Positions 1 to 10,823 of a stretch of DNA of 64,000 nt are shown one piece after another. Position numbers and translations under genes: made by a program. Within the stretch, counting starts at the first letter, position 1, and every line of letters starts with the position of its first letter. The DNA lies in contig JANYFT010000429.1 of the NCBI GenBank assembly GCA_025359625.1, positions 596 to 64,595 of the forward strand, read 5' to 3'. This stretch comes from Ferruginibacter sp. (lineage in GTDB: Bacteria > Bacteroidota > Bacteroidia > Chitinophagales > Chitinophagaceae). The notes beneath the pieces are model-generated. The model worked only from the letters and a program-made list of their open reading frames with translations. It ran no database searches and was not told the DNA's origin.

Positions 1-962
1 TAAGTCTTTTTTATGATACCAAAACAAATCCCATTGTGTATGTGGTACTGGCCAACCTTATTCAGGCAGTAGTTACACTATTGCTTTTATCATCTGAAAT
101 TGCTAAGGTCCGTTTTAAGTTCGACGTAAAATTGTGGAAACAAATGATGCGCTATTCCCTGCCACTTATTATAGTAGGTATGGGCGGCATGGTGAATGAA
201 ACCTTCGACAGATTAATGCTGCATTGGTGGTTACCCGGCGATGCACTGGCTAAAGATTCGCAGGTAGGAATTTATAGTGCCTGTTATAAATTATCAATCC
301 TTATCACCTTATTTATCCAGGCATTCCGTATGGGTGCAGAACCCTTCTTTTTTAAACAGGCCGAAGGGCAAAATCCCCAGCGTGTGTTCGCAAGGGTTAT
401 GAAATTTTTTGTAATCATCATCTGCCTGATGTTTCTGGCGGTAAGCCTTTACATGCCCATCTGGAAACATTTCATAGGCCCCAGATACTGGGCAGGTTTA
501 TCAGTAGTGCCCATACTTTTACTGGCCAATATGTTCATAGGCATTTATTACAATTTAAGTGTGTGGTATAAACTAAGCAACAAAACTTCTGCCGGCGCAT
601 GGATCACTGTTGGTGGTGCGCTGCTTACAACCATTATCAATTATATATTTATACCAAAGTATGGTTTTCATGCCTGCGCATGGGCAACTTTTTTTTGTTA
701 TGGCAGCATGATGGTCGCCTCATTTGTGTGGGGACAAAAAGAATACCGCATACCTTATGCCTGGAAAAAATTAACCGCCTATATAATAATTGTAGTGCTG
801 CTATTTTTTGCCCACAAAGGCATTACGGCCATTTGGCCCAACGTACTGTTTAGTTTAACCATTGCCACCATACTAACTGGTTTTTATTTATGGTTCATAG
901 GCATTGTAGAAAAGAAAGAACTGCCACAGCTACCGGTGATAGGAAAATATTTTAAAAAATAA
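1..962 (+). CDS. Polysaccharide/oligosaccharide flippase (Wzx-like, MOP superfamily), C-terminal part; the 5' end lies outside the window
   Basis: The reading frame is open from base 3 to the left edge, with no stop upstream of the GTG at 36. The protein is a run of hydrophobic helices with PST-flippase-like segments ('PLIIVGMGGMVNETFDRLML', 'MGAEPFFFKQ'). Confidence 0.7.
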   Translation, partial: SLFYDTKTNPIVYVVLANLIQAVVTLLLLSSEIAKVRFKFDVKLWKQMMRYSLPLIIVGMGGMVNETFDRLMLHWWLPGDALAKDSQVGIYSACYKLSILITLFIQAFRMGAEPFFFKQAEGQNPQRVFARVMKFFVIIICLMFLAVSLYMPIWKHFIGPRYWAGLSVVPILLLANMFIGIYYNLSVWYKLSNKTSAGAWITVGGALLTTIINYIFIPKYGFHACAWATFFCYGSMMVASFVWGQKEYRIPYAWKKLTAYIIIVVLLFFAHKGITAIWPNVLFSLTIATILTGFYLWFIGIVEKKELPQLPVIGKYFKK

Positions 963-1231
963 TTGCTGTCCTGGCTAAGAAGCTAAGGGCATCATTGTTG
1001 TGTCTCTTGTACTGCATACCTGTGTTAACCTTTTATAAAGCATAGATAGCAGCCATTATTTATCGTGCGTAACAAAAAACTAAAGAGTTTACAGAGTGAG
1101 ATAAAAATAAAAATAAATTTTAAATTACCTCAATATTACTGAGATATTATTAATGAAGTTGTAGAAACAGGTTGTGTTAATTCGTGTAATTCGTGTTTAA
1201 AAATTCGTGCAATAAAAATAAAAAGTCAGCC

Positions 1232-2248
1232 ATGCGAAAATTGCTTCAAAAAATATTCAGGCCTTTTTTTATCTGGCTGTCAAACAGGTTTGGTGCAGCG
1301 CCAAAAAAGGAGGAAGTATTTAAATCGCTTAGTAAATTATATAAAACGGTTACTACCAAAAATAGCAGCCGAGGTATAGTGCTGGATATTAATCTTGCTA
1401 CTGATAATTTTATTATTTTCAGTGATCAGCACAAAGGCAATAAAGACTGGGCAGATGATTTCAAAACCAATGAACACAATTATATCACCGCCCTGCAATA
1501 TTATCACCAGCAATGCTATAATTATATCAATTTGGGAGATGCAGAAGAACTTTGGAAATACACTGCCCAGCAGGTGATACCCCAAAACCTGGAAGCCCTA
1601 AAAGCAGAAGCAAATTTTCAGCCTGATAAAAAATATTACCGCACTTTTGGTAACCACGATCTGTTATGGAAAAATAACCTGGATGTGATGATGCATTTAA
1701 AAAATATTTTCCAGATGCCACTGCCAGTTCATGAAGGCATTGTTTTAAGAACGGTTACTGCCGCCAAAAAGGAACTGGCTATTTTTCTTACCCACGGCCA
1801 CCAGGGCGATAAAATGAGTGACAACAATGGTTTCAGCACCTGGGTGATAGCGCATATCTGGTCGCCCATCCAGCGTTTTCTGCAGATTAATATCAACACT
1901 CCTTCCAACGATTTTTATCTGCGTGACAAACACAATAAATTAATGTACGAATGGAGCAGCCACAAAAGAAACCTGATCCTTATCACCGGACACACACACA
2001 AGCCGGTTTTTGCTTCCGGAAAATATACTATTGACCAAGACCACCAGATAGCTGTTCCTGAAATCAACCATACGCTAAAGCCCGGCTATTTTAACACCGG
2101 CTGTTGCTGCTTCAGCGATGGCGACATTACGGGAATAGAAATAGCCGGAGGGTTCATCCGGCTTGTGAAGTGGCATAGTGAAAACAATATTCCAGCCAGG
2201 AAAGTTTTAGAAGAAAAAAAGCTGGAAGATATTGAGCTGGAATTGTAA
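1232..2248 (+). CDS. Metallophosphoesterase (calcineurin-like phosphoesterase family)
   Basis: Ordered motifs DxH ('FSDQHKG'), GD ('LGDAEE'), GNHD ('FGNHD'), 'THGHQGD' and 'GHTH'. I prefer the ATG at 1232 over the GTG at 1193. Confidence 0.8.
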   Translation: MRKLLQKIFRPFFIWLSNRFGAAPKKEEVFKSLSKLYKTVTTKNSSRGIVLDINLATDNFIIFSDQHKGNKDWADDFKTNEHNYITALQYYHQQCYNYINLGDAEELWKYTAQQVIPQNLEALKAEANFQPDKKYYRTFGNHDLLWKNNLDVMMHLKNIFQMPLPVHEGIVLRTVTAAKKELAIFLTHGHQGDKMSDNNGFSTWVIAHIWSPIQRFLQININTPSNDFYLRDKHNKLMYEWSSHKRNLILITGHTHKPVFASGKYTIDQDHQIAVPEINHTLKPGYFNTGCCCFSDGDITGIEIAGGFIRLVKWHSENNIPARKVLEEKKLEDIELEL

Positions 2249-2586
2249 TTGAATACATTCACCAGGCAAAAGCCGTCAACTTATCGGATAAGTATTGGTT
2301 TGTTTACCCTAAACAGGCGGCAAAAAATCAGGGTGGCATAATCTGTTCAGGTATAGCCATTAATTATCTCCCAATAATAATTTTCCGAAATAAATTTTGA
2401 AAAAGCTTTTTTACTATTTATATTCGTCTATCAATTTAATAGACTAATGAATTCATCATTGGAAAATCATTTTCAAATGCCTGTTCAACAAATAGAAGCC
2501 CATTGTAATCCGTGGTTGCCGCGATGTTGAAATGCCCATTTTTAGCAAACACCGGTTCAACTATTGCCAGCCTTACTACCAGTTAA

Positions 2587-3951
<1,365 letters not shown>

Positions 3952-4020
3952 AAAAAAAGCAGTCACTCAAAAATATATTACATCAAAAAGCAAAAACATT
4001 CAAGGTAATTATACAACGGT

Positions 4021-5088
4021 ATGGCAGAAATATTCACACATGCAAAACCATTTACATTAGAGTCAGGTATTACGTTAGAGCAATATCACCTGGCGTACAC
4101 AACTTATGGCTGCCTCAGTAAAAACAAGGACAATGTAGTGTGGATATTTCATGCCCTAACCGCCAACAGCGATGCAGCAGAATGGTGGCCAGGCATAATA
4201 GGAGAAGCAAAATTATTTAATCCTGCAAGCCATTTTATTGTTTGCGTAAATATTCCAGGTAGTTGTTATGGCAGCATTGGGCCACTTGAAATTAACCCTG
4301 CAACAAAGCAGCCCTGGTTCCATGATTTTCCATTTTTCACTACCCGGGATATGATCCTTGCCTACCAGCCTTTAAAAGATTTTTTAGGAATAAAAAATAT
4401 TCTTACCGGCATTGGTGGGTCAATGGGCGGGCAACAGTTACTGGAATGGGCCATTGAAGAACCTGCACTATTTAAGCACATTGTATTACTGGCAACCAAT
4501 GCCTTTCATTCACCCTGGGGCATTGCATTTAATGCCACCCAAAGACATGCTATTGAAACGGACCCAACATGGACAGAAAGCAATGAAAAAGCCGGCTTGC
4601 AAGGCATGATGGTAGCGAGGGAAATCGCATTGATCAGCTACCGAAATTATAATACTTACCACCTTGGACAAACGGAAGATACCAACGAAAAAAAGGACCA
4701 CTTTAAAAGTGAATCTTACCAGCAATACCAGGGTGTAAAACTGGCAAGGCGATTTAATGCCTTTAGCTATTATTTTTTAAGCAAAAGTATGGATGCCCAT
4801 AACGTGGGCCGACAAAGAACCGATGTAGCAAAGGCCTTGCAACAGGTGCAGGCAAAAACGCTTGTCATTAGTATCAGTTCAGATATTTTATTTCCACCAA
4901 AAGAGCAGGAATTTATTGCCCGGCATATAGACGGTGCAATATATAAAGCTATCGACTCCACCTTTGGCCATGATGGTTTTTTGTTGGAGTTTGATCAGAT
5001 CAGCAATGTTATCACAGAATTTTTCGGTGAAAAAGCTGCAATAAAAAAAGATCTTGCAGAAGAGAAAAATGTGCTGAATACATTTTAA
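4021..5088 (+). CDS. metX: Homoserine O-acetyltransferase
   Basis: Alpha/beta-hydrolase with nucleophile elbow 'GGSMGG', an N-terminal 'LESG..L....LAY.TYG' pattern and 'GHDGFLLE' near the C-terminus. Confidence 0.9.
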   Translation: MAEIFTHAKPFTLESGITLEQYHLAYTTYGCLSKNKDNVVWIFHALTANSDAAEWWPGIIGEAKLFNPASHFIVCVNIPGSCYGSIGPLEINPATKQPWFHDFPFFTTRDMILAYQPLKDFLGIKNILTGIGGSMGGQQLLEWAIEEPALFKHIVLLATNAFHSPWGIAFNATQRHAIETDPTWTESNEKAGLQGMMVAREIALISYRNYNTYHLGQTEDTNEKKDHFKSESYQQYQGVKLARRFNAFSYYFLSKSMDAHNVGRQRTDVAKALQQVQAKTLVISISSDILFPPKEQEFIARHIDGAIYKAIDSTFGHDGFLLEFDQISNVITEFFGEKAAIKKDLAEEKNVLNTF

Positions 5089-5166
5089 ATACAGTTAAGA
5101 ATTAATAGCTGTTTTTTAATTTAAAAATTCTAATAGTATTAGCCTTTTCCGCAAAAGTTTTCACTT

Positions 5167-5198
5167 ATAAAAGTCTACTAATTAGTAGACTTTTATTT
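5167..5198 (+). terminator. Rho-independent terminator after metX
   Basis: Near-perfect hairpin AAAAGTCTACTA/TAGTAGACTTTT followed by a T-rich tail. Confidence 0.7.
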
Positions 5199-5427
5199 AT
5201 CGTGACAAAAAACTTTCTTCCTTTTTCAGGAAGATTGCGGCCTGGAAGTAATTTGATTTTTTACTTTAAAATGCAAAGGTTTAGCGCTGATAAGCGGGAC
5301 TGTAAAATTGTTCTGCAACGCAAAACAATTCAAAAGCGAGTGTAAATAATAGTTTATTACCTTCAACCAAATTTTATAAACTGCTATTATTGATAGCAGG
5401 TATATCAGCAAATAAATAATAGAAAAT

Positions 5428-6681
5428 ATGCGGTTACTTCTTTTACTGACAACTGTCTTTTTTGTTTTTACCACTACAGCGCAACAGGGCAACTGGGTTG
5501 CACAGATGCACCGGCCGGATGGCAATAATATCGCCTTTACTTTTGACTGGAAAACAGAAAATGGCCACCCGGTTTGGTATATAAAAAATGCAGCTGAAAA
5601 AATAAAAGTTCAAAATATTACAGTTGCTGGTGATTCATTTATTGTACAAATGCCGGTGTTTGAATCCCAGTTCAGAATTGTTGTTTCCAACAATACCATC
5701 AATGGTGTATGGATAAAAAGAGGCGCTGTAAAAACACAGGTGTTGCCTTTCACGGCTATACAGGGCCGTAAAAGGTTTGTAGCAGGCGGCAGTCCAACAC
5801 AAAATATTTCGGGCAGATGGGCGGTAACATTTGGAGAAGGCGCAGAAGCAGAATTGTCAGTTGCAGAGTTTGTGCAAAAAGGCAATTTACTTACGGGCAC
5901 TTTCCTGAATGCATCAGGCGATTATCGTTACCTGGAAGGCATTGTAGCAAAGGACAGCTTGTTACTTTCTGGTTTTGACGGCGGCCATGCTTTTCTTTTT
6001 AAAGCACATATCCAAGATGGCAATACCATCACCAACGGCATATTTTATTCCGGTGACAGAGGTAAAGAAAATTGGATAGCTGTAAAAAACAACGCCGCAA
6101 AATTGGCTACAGAATCTGTTGCCATGTTTACAAAAGCTGGCCAGGAAAGTCTTGATTTTACTTTTAAAAACCTGAAAGGTGAGCCCGTATCCATCCATGA
6201 TGACCGCTTTAAAAATAAAGTAGTCATCATTCAAATAATGGGAAGCTGGTGCCCCAATTGCATGGATGAAACAGCCTTTTTAAGTGAGTACTATAACAAT
6301 AACAAACAGCGTGGCATAGAAGTAATTGCACTGGCTTATGAGTACACAACAGACTGGCAAAGATCTGTCAACAGCCTTACAAAATTCCAGCAACGGTTTA
6401 ATGTTCAGTACCCAATTTTAAATACCGAAGTTACCGTTGGGGATAGCCTAAAAACAGAAAAAACACTGCCGCAGGTAACCAGCATTAAATCTTTTCCTTC
6501 GGCCATCATTCTTGATAAAAAAGGAAAGATACGCAAACTGGATACTGAGTTTTATGGGCCTGCAACAGGTGTACATTTCGATGACTATAAAAAAGAATTT
6601 GAGCAAACGGTGAATGATTTGCTGAAAGAAAACCAAGCCTTACTATACAATTTTAAACCCAATCATCATGGCCAACAATAA
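5428..6681 (+). CDS. Secreted TlpA-like thiol:disulfide oxidoreductase (thioredoxin fold) with an N-terminal domain of about 240 aa
   Basis: Signal peptide 'MRLLLLLTTVFFVFTTTAQ' and thioredoxin active site 'GSWCPNC' in the C-terminal third. Confidence 0.8.
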   Translation: MRLLLLLTTVFFVFTTTAQQGNWVAQMHRPDGNNIAFTFDWKTENGHPVWYIKNAAEKIKVQNITVAGDSFIVQMPVFESQFRIVVSNNTINGVWIKRGAVKTQVLPFTAIQGRKRFVAGGSPTQNISGRWAVTFGEGAEAELSVAEFVQKGNLLTGTFLNASGDYRYLEGIVAKDSLLLSGFDGGHAFLFKAHIQDGNTITNGIFYSGDRGKENWIAVKNNAAKLATESVAMFTKAGQESLDFTFKNLKGEPVSIHDDRFKNKVVIIQIMGSWCPNCMDETAFLSEYYNNNKQRGIEVIALAYEYTTDWQRSVNSLTKFQQRFNVQYPILNTEVTVGDSLKTEKTLPQVTSIKSFPSAIILDKKGKIRKLDTEFYGPATGVHFDDYKKEFEQTVNDLLKENQALLYNFKPNHHGQQ

Positions 6682-7546
6682 CATTGAATGCCCGGTAGAT
6701 TTTGTCAGCATCAACGAAAACAAAATAAGGCTAACCGCAGGCATCGTTTTTATTCTTACGCTTATCTATCTTTTTACCGGCCTTTGGATTATCCCGGCAT
6801 TTTTACTGATAGACTTTTTTGTACGAGGATTTAATTTTGTCAGCTACAGCCTGCTGGGCATTGCTAGCGATAAACTGGTAGCGGCTTTTTCAATAAAACA
6901 AAAACCCACCGACCGTGCGCCTAAAAGATTCGCCGCAAAAACCGGCTTTCTTTTTTCTGCAGCTATTCTTGTTTTCTTTGCTTTTGATTTAAAAAATATT
7001 GCGTTGATACTGGCCATTGTGTTAGCTACTTTCGCCCTGCTGGAATCGGCCTTTGGTTTTTGTGCAGGCTGCCATGTGTACAGTTTTTACACAAAATTTT
7101 TAAAGAGGAAAAGCAGTATTCTAACCAGTTGCTTCTTCTTTATTTTTATTGCAACAGTCCACACAACTATGGCGCAACCTGCCAAAACTGAAACCAGCTT
7201 TACCGTTGAAAATTATTACAAAACAAAATGGGGGTTTGCAGAGGAGTTCATTCATTTATGGAAAACGAATCATTACCCGCTGTTGAAAAAAGCCATTGAA
7301 AAAGGAGACATTATTTCCGTTACTGCAGAGCAACCAAAGCTACACAGCGGCGAAGATACCCGCTGTGATTTTAAAGTAATCATCGTTTTTAAAAACAGCG
7401 ATAAAGCATTTGATGGTGCGTTGACTGAGCCTTACAAAAAACTTCTTTATCCTGACGTTGATAAATTGAAAAAGGATGAACAGCATCGTTTTGAATTGCT
7501 GATTGCACATTGGGATGTAATGATTGATAAAGTTGCGCTTGACTGA
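6668..7546 (+). CDS. DUF4395-type membrane protein fused to an extra TM/signal-like segment and a soluble domain of about 125 aa
   Basis: It has N-terminal 'CPVDFVSINENKIRL', four hydrophobic helices, 'APKRFAAKTG' and 'FCAGCHVY'. The ORF then continues without a stop through 'KRKSSILTSCFFFIFIATVHTTMAQP' into a hydrophilic domain. It overlaps the upstream gene by 14 nt. Confidence 0.65.
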   Translation: MANNNIECPVDFVSINENKIRLTAGIVFILTLIYLFTGLWIIPAFLLIDFFVRGFNFVSYSLLGIASDKLVAAFSIKQKPTDRAPKRFAAKTGFLFSAAILVFFAFDLKNIALILAIVLATFALLESAFGFCAGCHVYSFYTKFLKRKSSILTSCFFFIFIATVHTTMAQPAKTETSFTVENYYKTKWGFAEEFIHLWKTNHYPLLKKAIEKGDIISVTAEQPKLHSGEDTRCDFKVIIVFKNSDKAFDGALTEPYKKLLYPDVDKLKKDEQHRFELLIAHWDVMIDKVALD

Positions 7547-7682
7547 TTTTTTTAAAATCATATATTATCCCGCTGCTTAAATATTTTCCGGCCTCTTGAT
7601 TCCTTTTATCCGTACATACAACCCTGAATTTATTCCTACTGTTTTATAATAATTGTTTACAACCTGCGTAATGTTACAAACT

Positions 7683-8855
7683 ATGTCTTATCAAAAGAAA
7701 TCTTCTTACACATTACGGCAACTCGTGATGTACTTTCTTCAATTGGGTACAACAGGCTTTGGCGGCCCGGTTGCATTGGTAGGTTACATGCACAAAGACC
7801 TGGTAGAAAAGCGGGGGTGGATATCAGAAGAAGAATACAAGCAAGGATTAGCTTTGGCACAATTAGCGCCAGGGCCGCTTGCTGCACAATTAGCCATTTA
7901 TTTGGGCTTTGTACATCACAGAATTTTAGGGGCCACATTAGCCGGTATTGCTTTTGTACTTCCATCTTTTGTGATGGTGGTAGTGCTGGGCATGGCTTAC
8001 AAATTATATGGCGGGCTTGCCTGGATGCAGGCCGTTTTTTATGGCGTAGGCGCTGCGGTTATTGGCATCATTGCAAACAGTTCTTACAAACTCACCACAA
8101 AATCTATTGGTAAATTTAATGGGCAATCTTTTAAACAACATTGGTTGCTATGGCTATTTTTTTTAGTGGCTGCCACCATCACTTTTGTTACACAACAGGA
8201 ACAGGTTTTGTTATTTGTAGCAACTGGGCTTATTTATATGTTTGTAAAAGCGCCACCAAAATGGTTCACCAATAAAATAGCTAACTCTCTTGTTCTTTTG
8301 CAAATTGGGTTCTGGAATTTCGAGACAGGTACGCTTGGGAAAATAGCTATCTTTTTTGCCAAAGCTGGTGCGTTTGTTTTTGGAAGTGGCTTAGCCATTG
8401 TTCCCTTTTTACATGCAGGCGTTGTTACAGAAAACCATTGGCTAACAGAACAGCAATTTGTAGATGCTGTGGCAGTAGCAATGATCACACCGGGGCCTGT
8501 TGTTATTACCGTTGGTTTTATAGGTTACCTGGTGGCTGGCTTTCCGGGTGCATCCGTTGCTGCTTTAGCCACCTTTCTGCCGTGTTATTTATTTACTGTT
8601 ATCCCTGCGCCTTATTTTAAAAAGATAGCAAAAAATCAATCTATTAAAGCATTTGTTGATGGCATTACTGCCACAGTCGTAGGCGCTTTGGTGGGTGCCG
8701 TAATTGTAATTGCCTCAAGAAGTATTACAGATATTCCCACTGCATTAATAGCCATTATAACAATATTTGCCTTACTTTACATCAAGAAAATTCAGGAACC
8801 TTATATCATCTTAATAGCAGCTATTTTAGGCATCCTCATAAAATTAATTGTATGA
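7683..8855 (+). CDS. chrA: Chromate ion transporter (CHR family, long two-domain form)
   Basis: It has 'GTTGFGGPVALVGYM', 'LAQLAPGPLA' and a second-half repeat 'ITPGPVVIT'. I prefer the ATG at 7683 ('MSYQKK..') over the TTG at 7653. Confidence 0.9.
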   Translation: MSYQKKSSYTLRQLVMYFLQLGTTGFGGPVALVGYMHKDLVEKRGWISEEEYKQGLALAQLAPGPLAAQLAIYLGFVHHRILGATLAGIAFVLPSFVMVVVLGMAYKLYGGLAWMQAVFYGVGAAVIGIIANSSYKLTTKSIGKFNGQSFKQHWLLWLFFLVAATITFVTQQEQVLLFVATGLIYMFVKAPPKWFTNKIANSLVLLQIGFWNFETGTLGKIAIFFAKAGAFVFGSGLAIVPFLHAGVVTENHWLTEQQFVDAVAVAMITPGPVVITVGFIGYLVAGFPGASVAALATFLPCYLFTVIPAPYFKKIAKNQSIKAFVDGITATVVGALVGAVIVIASRSITDIPTALIAIITIFALLYIKKIQEPYIILIAAILGILIKLIV

Positions 8856-9577
8856 ACAGAAAAAGCTTTTTAAAGGCCGGCACTTTAGCAGGTGCAGCAA
8901 CAATAATTTCCACCCGTAATGCTTTTGCACAAAACCTTACAGACAATCCGATAGATAAATTAGTAGATGCAAACGGCAATTACATTCAGCAGGCATTACC
9001 CTATAATGAAAATTTCTTAGAGCCTTACATGGATGCCGAAACCATGCACCTGCATTATACATTTCATCACGGTGGTGCGGTAAAAGGGGGCAACAAAGAT
9101 TTGCAGATGATTAAAAAAGCGCTGGACGAAAACAACCTTGAAACGGTTGATTACTGGACAAAGAAATTATCTTACCACTTTTCATCGCATGTTTTGCACT
9201 CTATCTTCTGGACAAATCTTACCAATAAAAAAACGGAGCCTTCAGGCGATTTATTAAAGCGGGTAGAAAAAAACTTTGGCAGCAACGACAGGCTGAAAGC
9301 CTTGATTGCTGAAACCTCCAAAAATGTAGATGGCAATGGCTGGGGCATCGTAGCTTATCAACCCTACAGCGATAGCCTAACGGTTTTACAATGTGAGAAC
9401 CACGAAAAGTTAACCCAATGGGGTGCCATTCCTTTACTGGTTATTGATGTGTGGGAGCACGCCTATTATTTAAAATACAAAAACAAACGCACCGATTTTG
9501 TAGATGCCCTGTTCAATATTATTAACTGGGATAATGTTGCGCAACGATTGGATACCGCTATTAGGTTAACAAAATAA
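8852..9577 (+). CDS. Fe/Mn-family superoxide dismutase with an N-terminal Tat-like export signal
   Basis: SOD signatures 'LHYTFHHGG' and 'DVWEHAYYLKYKNKR'. The N-terminus 'MNRKSFLKAGTLAGAATIISTRNAFAQ' looks like an export signal. The start overlaps the chrA stop (ATGA). Confidence 0.9.
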   Translation: MNRKSFLKAGTLAGAATIISTRNAFAQNLTDNPIDKLVDANGNYIQQALPYNENFLEPYMDAETMHLHYTFHHGGAVKGGNKDLQMIKKALDENNLETVDYWTKKLSYHFSSHVLHSIFWTNLTNKKTEPSGDLLKRVEKNFGSNDRLKALIAETSKNVDGNGWGIVAYQPYSDSLTVLQCENHEKLTQWGAIPLLVIDVWEHAYYLKYKNKRTDFVDALFNIINWDNVAQRLDTAIRLTK

Positions 9578-9696
9578 AAAAACTTTTCCTTCACCAATAG
9601 AATATTTTACAGATCCCATCATGCTAAACAGGAATAAAAAATTTCCTCCATTATTTAAATCACTAAAATCAACAGACATTTGCAAAAACAAAAAAC

Positions 9697-10761
9697 ATGT
9701 CATTACTTTTTCAACCGCTTACTATAAGAAATATTCAGTTAAAAAACCGGATCGTTGTTTCACCCATGTGCGAATACTCTTCTACCGATGGCTTTGCCAA
9801 TGACTGGCACCTGGTGCATTTGGGCAGCCGTGCGGTTGGTGGTGCAGGGCTTATCATCATGGAAGCAACAGCAGTTTCACCGGAAGGTAGAATCTCTTTC
9901 GGCGACCTTGGTATCTGGAAAGATGAACACATTAATTTCTTAAAAGGCATCACCACTTTTATTAAAACGCAGGGGTCTGTCCCGGGCATACAACTGGCAC
10001 ATGCAGGCCGAAAAGCCAGCCACCATGTACCCTGGAAGGGCAACAAATCATTAACTGCTGAAGAAGGTGCCTGGCAAACTATTGCACCCAGCGCCATCCC
10101 ACACACCATTGGTGAACCATTGCCAAAAGCGATGACCCCGGAAGATATCGAACAGTTAAAAAATGATTTTAGTGAAGCCACCAAACGTGCACTGGAAGCA
10201 GGTTTTGAAGTGATTGAAATTCATGCTGCACATGGATACCTGTTCAACGAATTTTTGTCGCCACTCAGCAACTTTCGTACAGATAAATATGGTGGAAGCT
10301 TTGAGAACAGGATACGGCTGTTGCTTGAAATTGCAGCCAACACCCGTAAAATAATGGGGGAAGCATTGCCGCTATTTGTGCGCATCTCTGCAACAGATTG
10401 GGTAACCGGAGGATGGACGGAAGGAAACTCCGTGCAACTGGCTGATAAATTAAAAGATGCGGGTGTTGATCTGATTGATTGTTCTTCTGGCGGCAATTCA
10501 CCGGAACAAAAAATTCCTTTAGGGCCGATGTACCAGGTACCATTTGCAGAAAAGATAAAAAAAGAAACAACGCTGTTAACCGGTGCTGTTGGTTTAATTA
10601 CCACTGCCAGGGAAGCGGAAAATATTTTGGTAAATGGCCATGCAGATTTAATTATTTTAGCACGCCAGTTTTTACGTGATCCTTATTTTCCTTTGCATGC
10701 GGCTAAAGAGTTAGGTGATAATGTGGCATGGCCAGTGCAGTATGACAGGGCAAAGCGGTAG
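9697..10761 (+). CDS. NADH:flavin oxidoreductase, Old Yellow Enzyme family (YqjM/NamA-like class)
   Basis: It has 'VVSPMCEYSS', 'WHLVHLGSRAVGGAGL', 'IEIHAAHGYL' and 'GRQFLRDPYF'-like 'ARQFLRDPYFP'. Confidence 0.9.
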   Translation: MSLLFQPLTIRNIQLKNRIVVSPMCEYSSTDGFANDWHLVHLGSRAVGGAGLIIMEATAVSPEGRISFGDLGIWKDEHINFLKGITTFIKTQGSVPGIQLAHAGRKASHHVPWKGNKSLTAEEGAWQTIAPSAIPHTIGEPLPKAMTPEDIEQLKNDFSEATKRALEAGFEVIEIHAAHGYLFNEFLSPLSNFRTDKYGGSFENRIRLLLEIAANTRKIMGEALPLFVRISATDWVTGGWTEGNSVQLADKLKDAGVDLIDCSSGGNSPEQKIPLGPMYQVPFAEKIKKETTLLTGAVGLITTAREAENILVNGHADLIILARQFLRDPYFPLHAAKELGDNVAWPVQYDRAKR

Positions 10762-10777
10762 CAACAATATTGCCGCA

Positions 10778-10820
10778 GACAAATAGTTTACACCTTTTGA
10801 AAAGGTGTAAACTATTTGTC
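10778..10820. terminator. Bidirectional terminator between convergent genes
   Basis: Palindrome GACAAATAGTTTACACCTTTT / AAAAGGTGTAAACTATTTGTC lies between the OYE stop (10761) and the methyltransferase stop (10824). Confidence 0.75.
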
Positions 10821-10823
10821 GAA

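Noticed and set aside
5226-5525. 99-aa minus-strand ORF spanning the metX/TlpA intergenic region.
   Set aside because: It overlaps the 5' end of the TlpA-like gene in antisense and has no motif. The region more plausibly holds the promoter.
9735-10184. 149-aa minus-strand ORF.
   Set aside because: It is antisense to the OYE gene.
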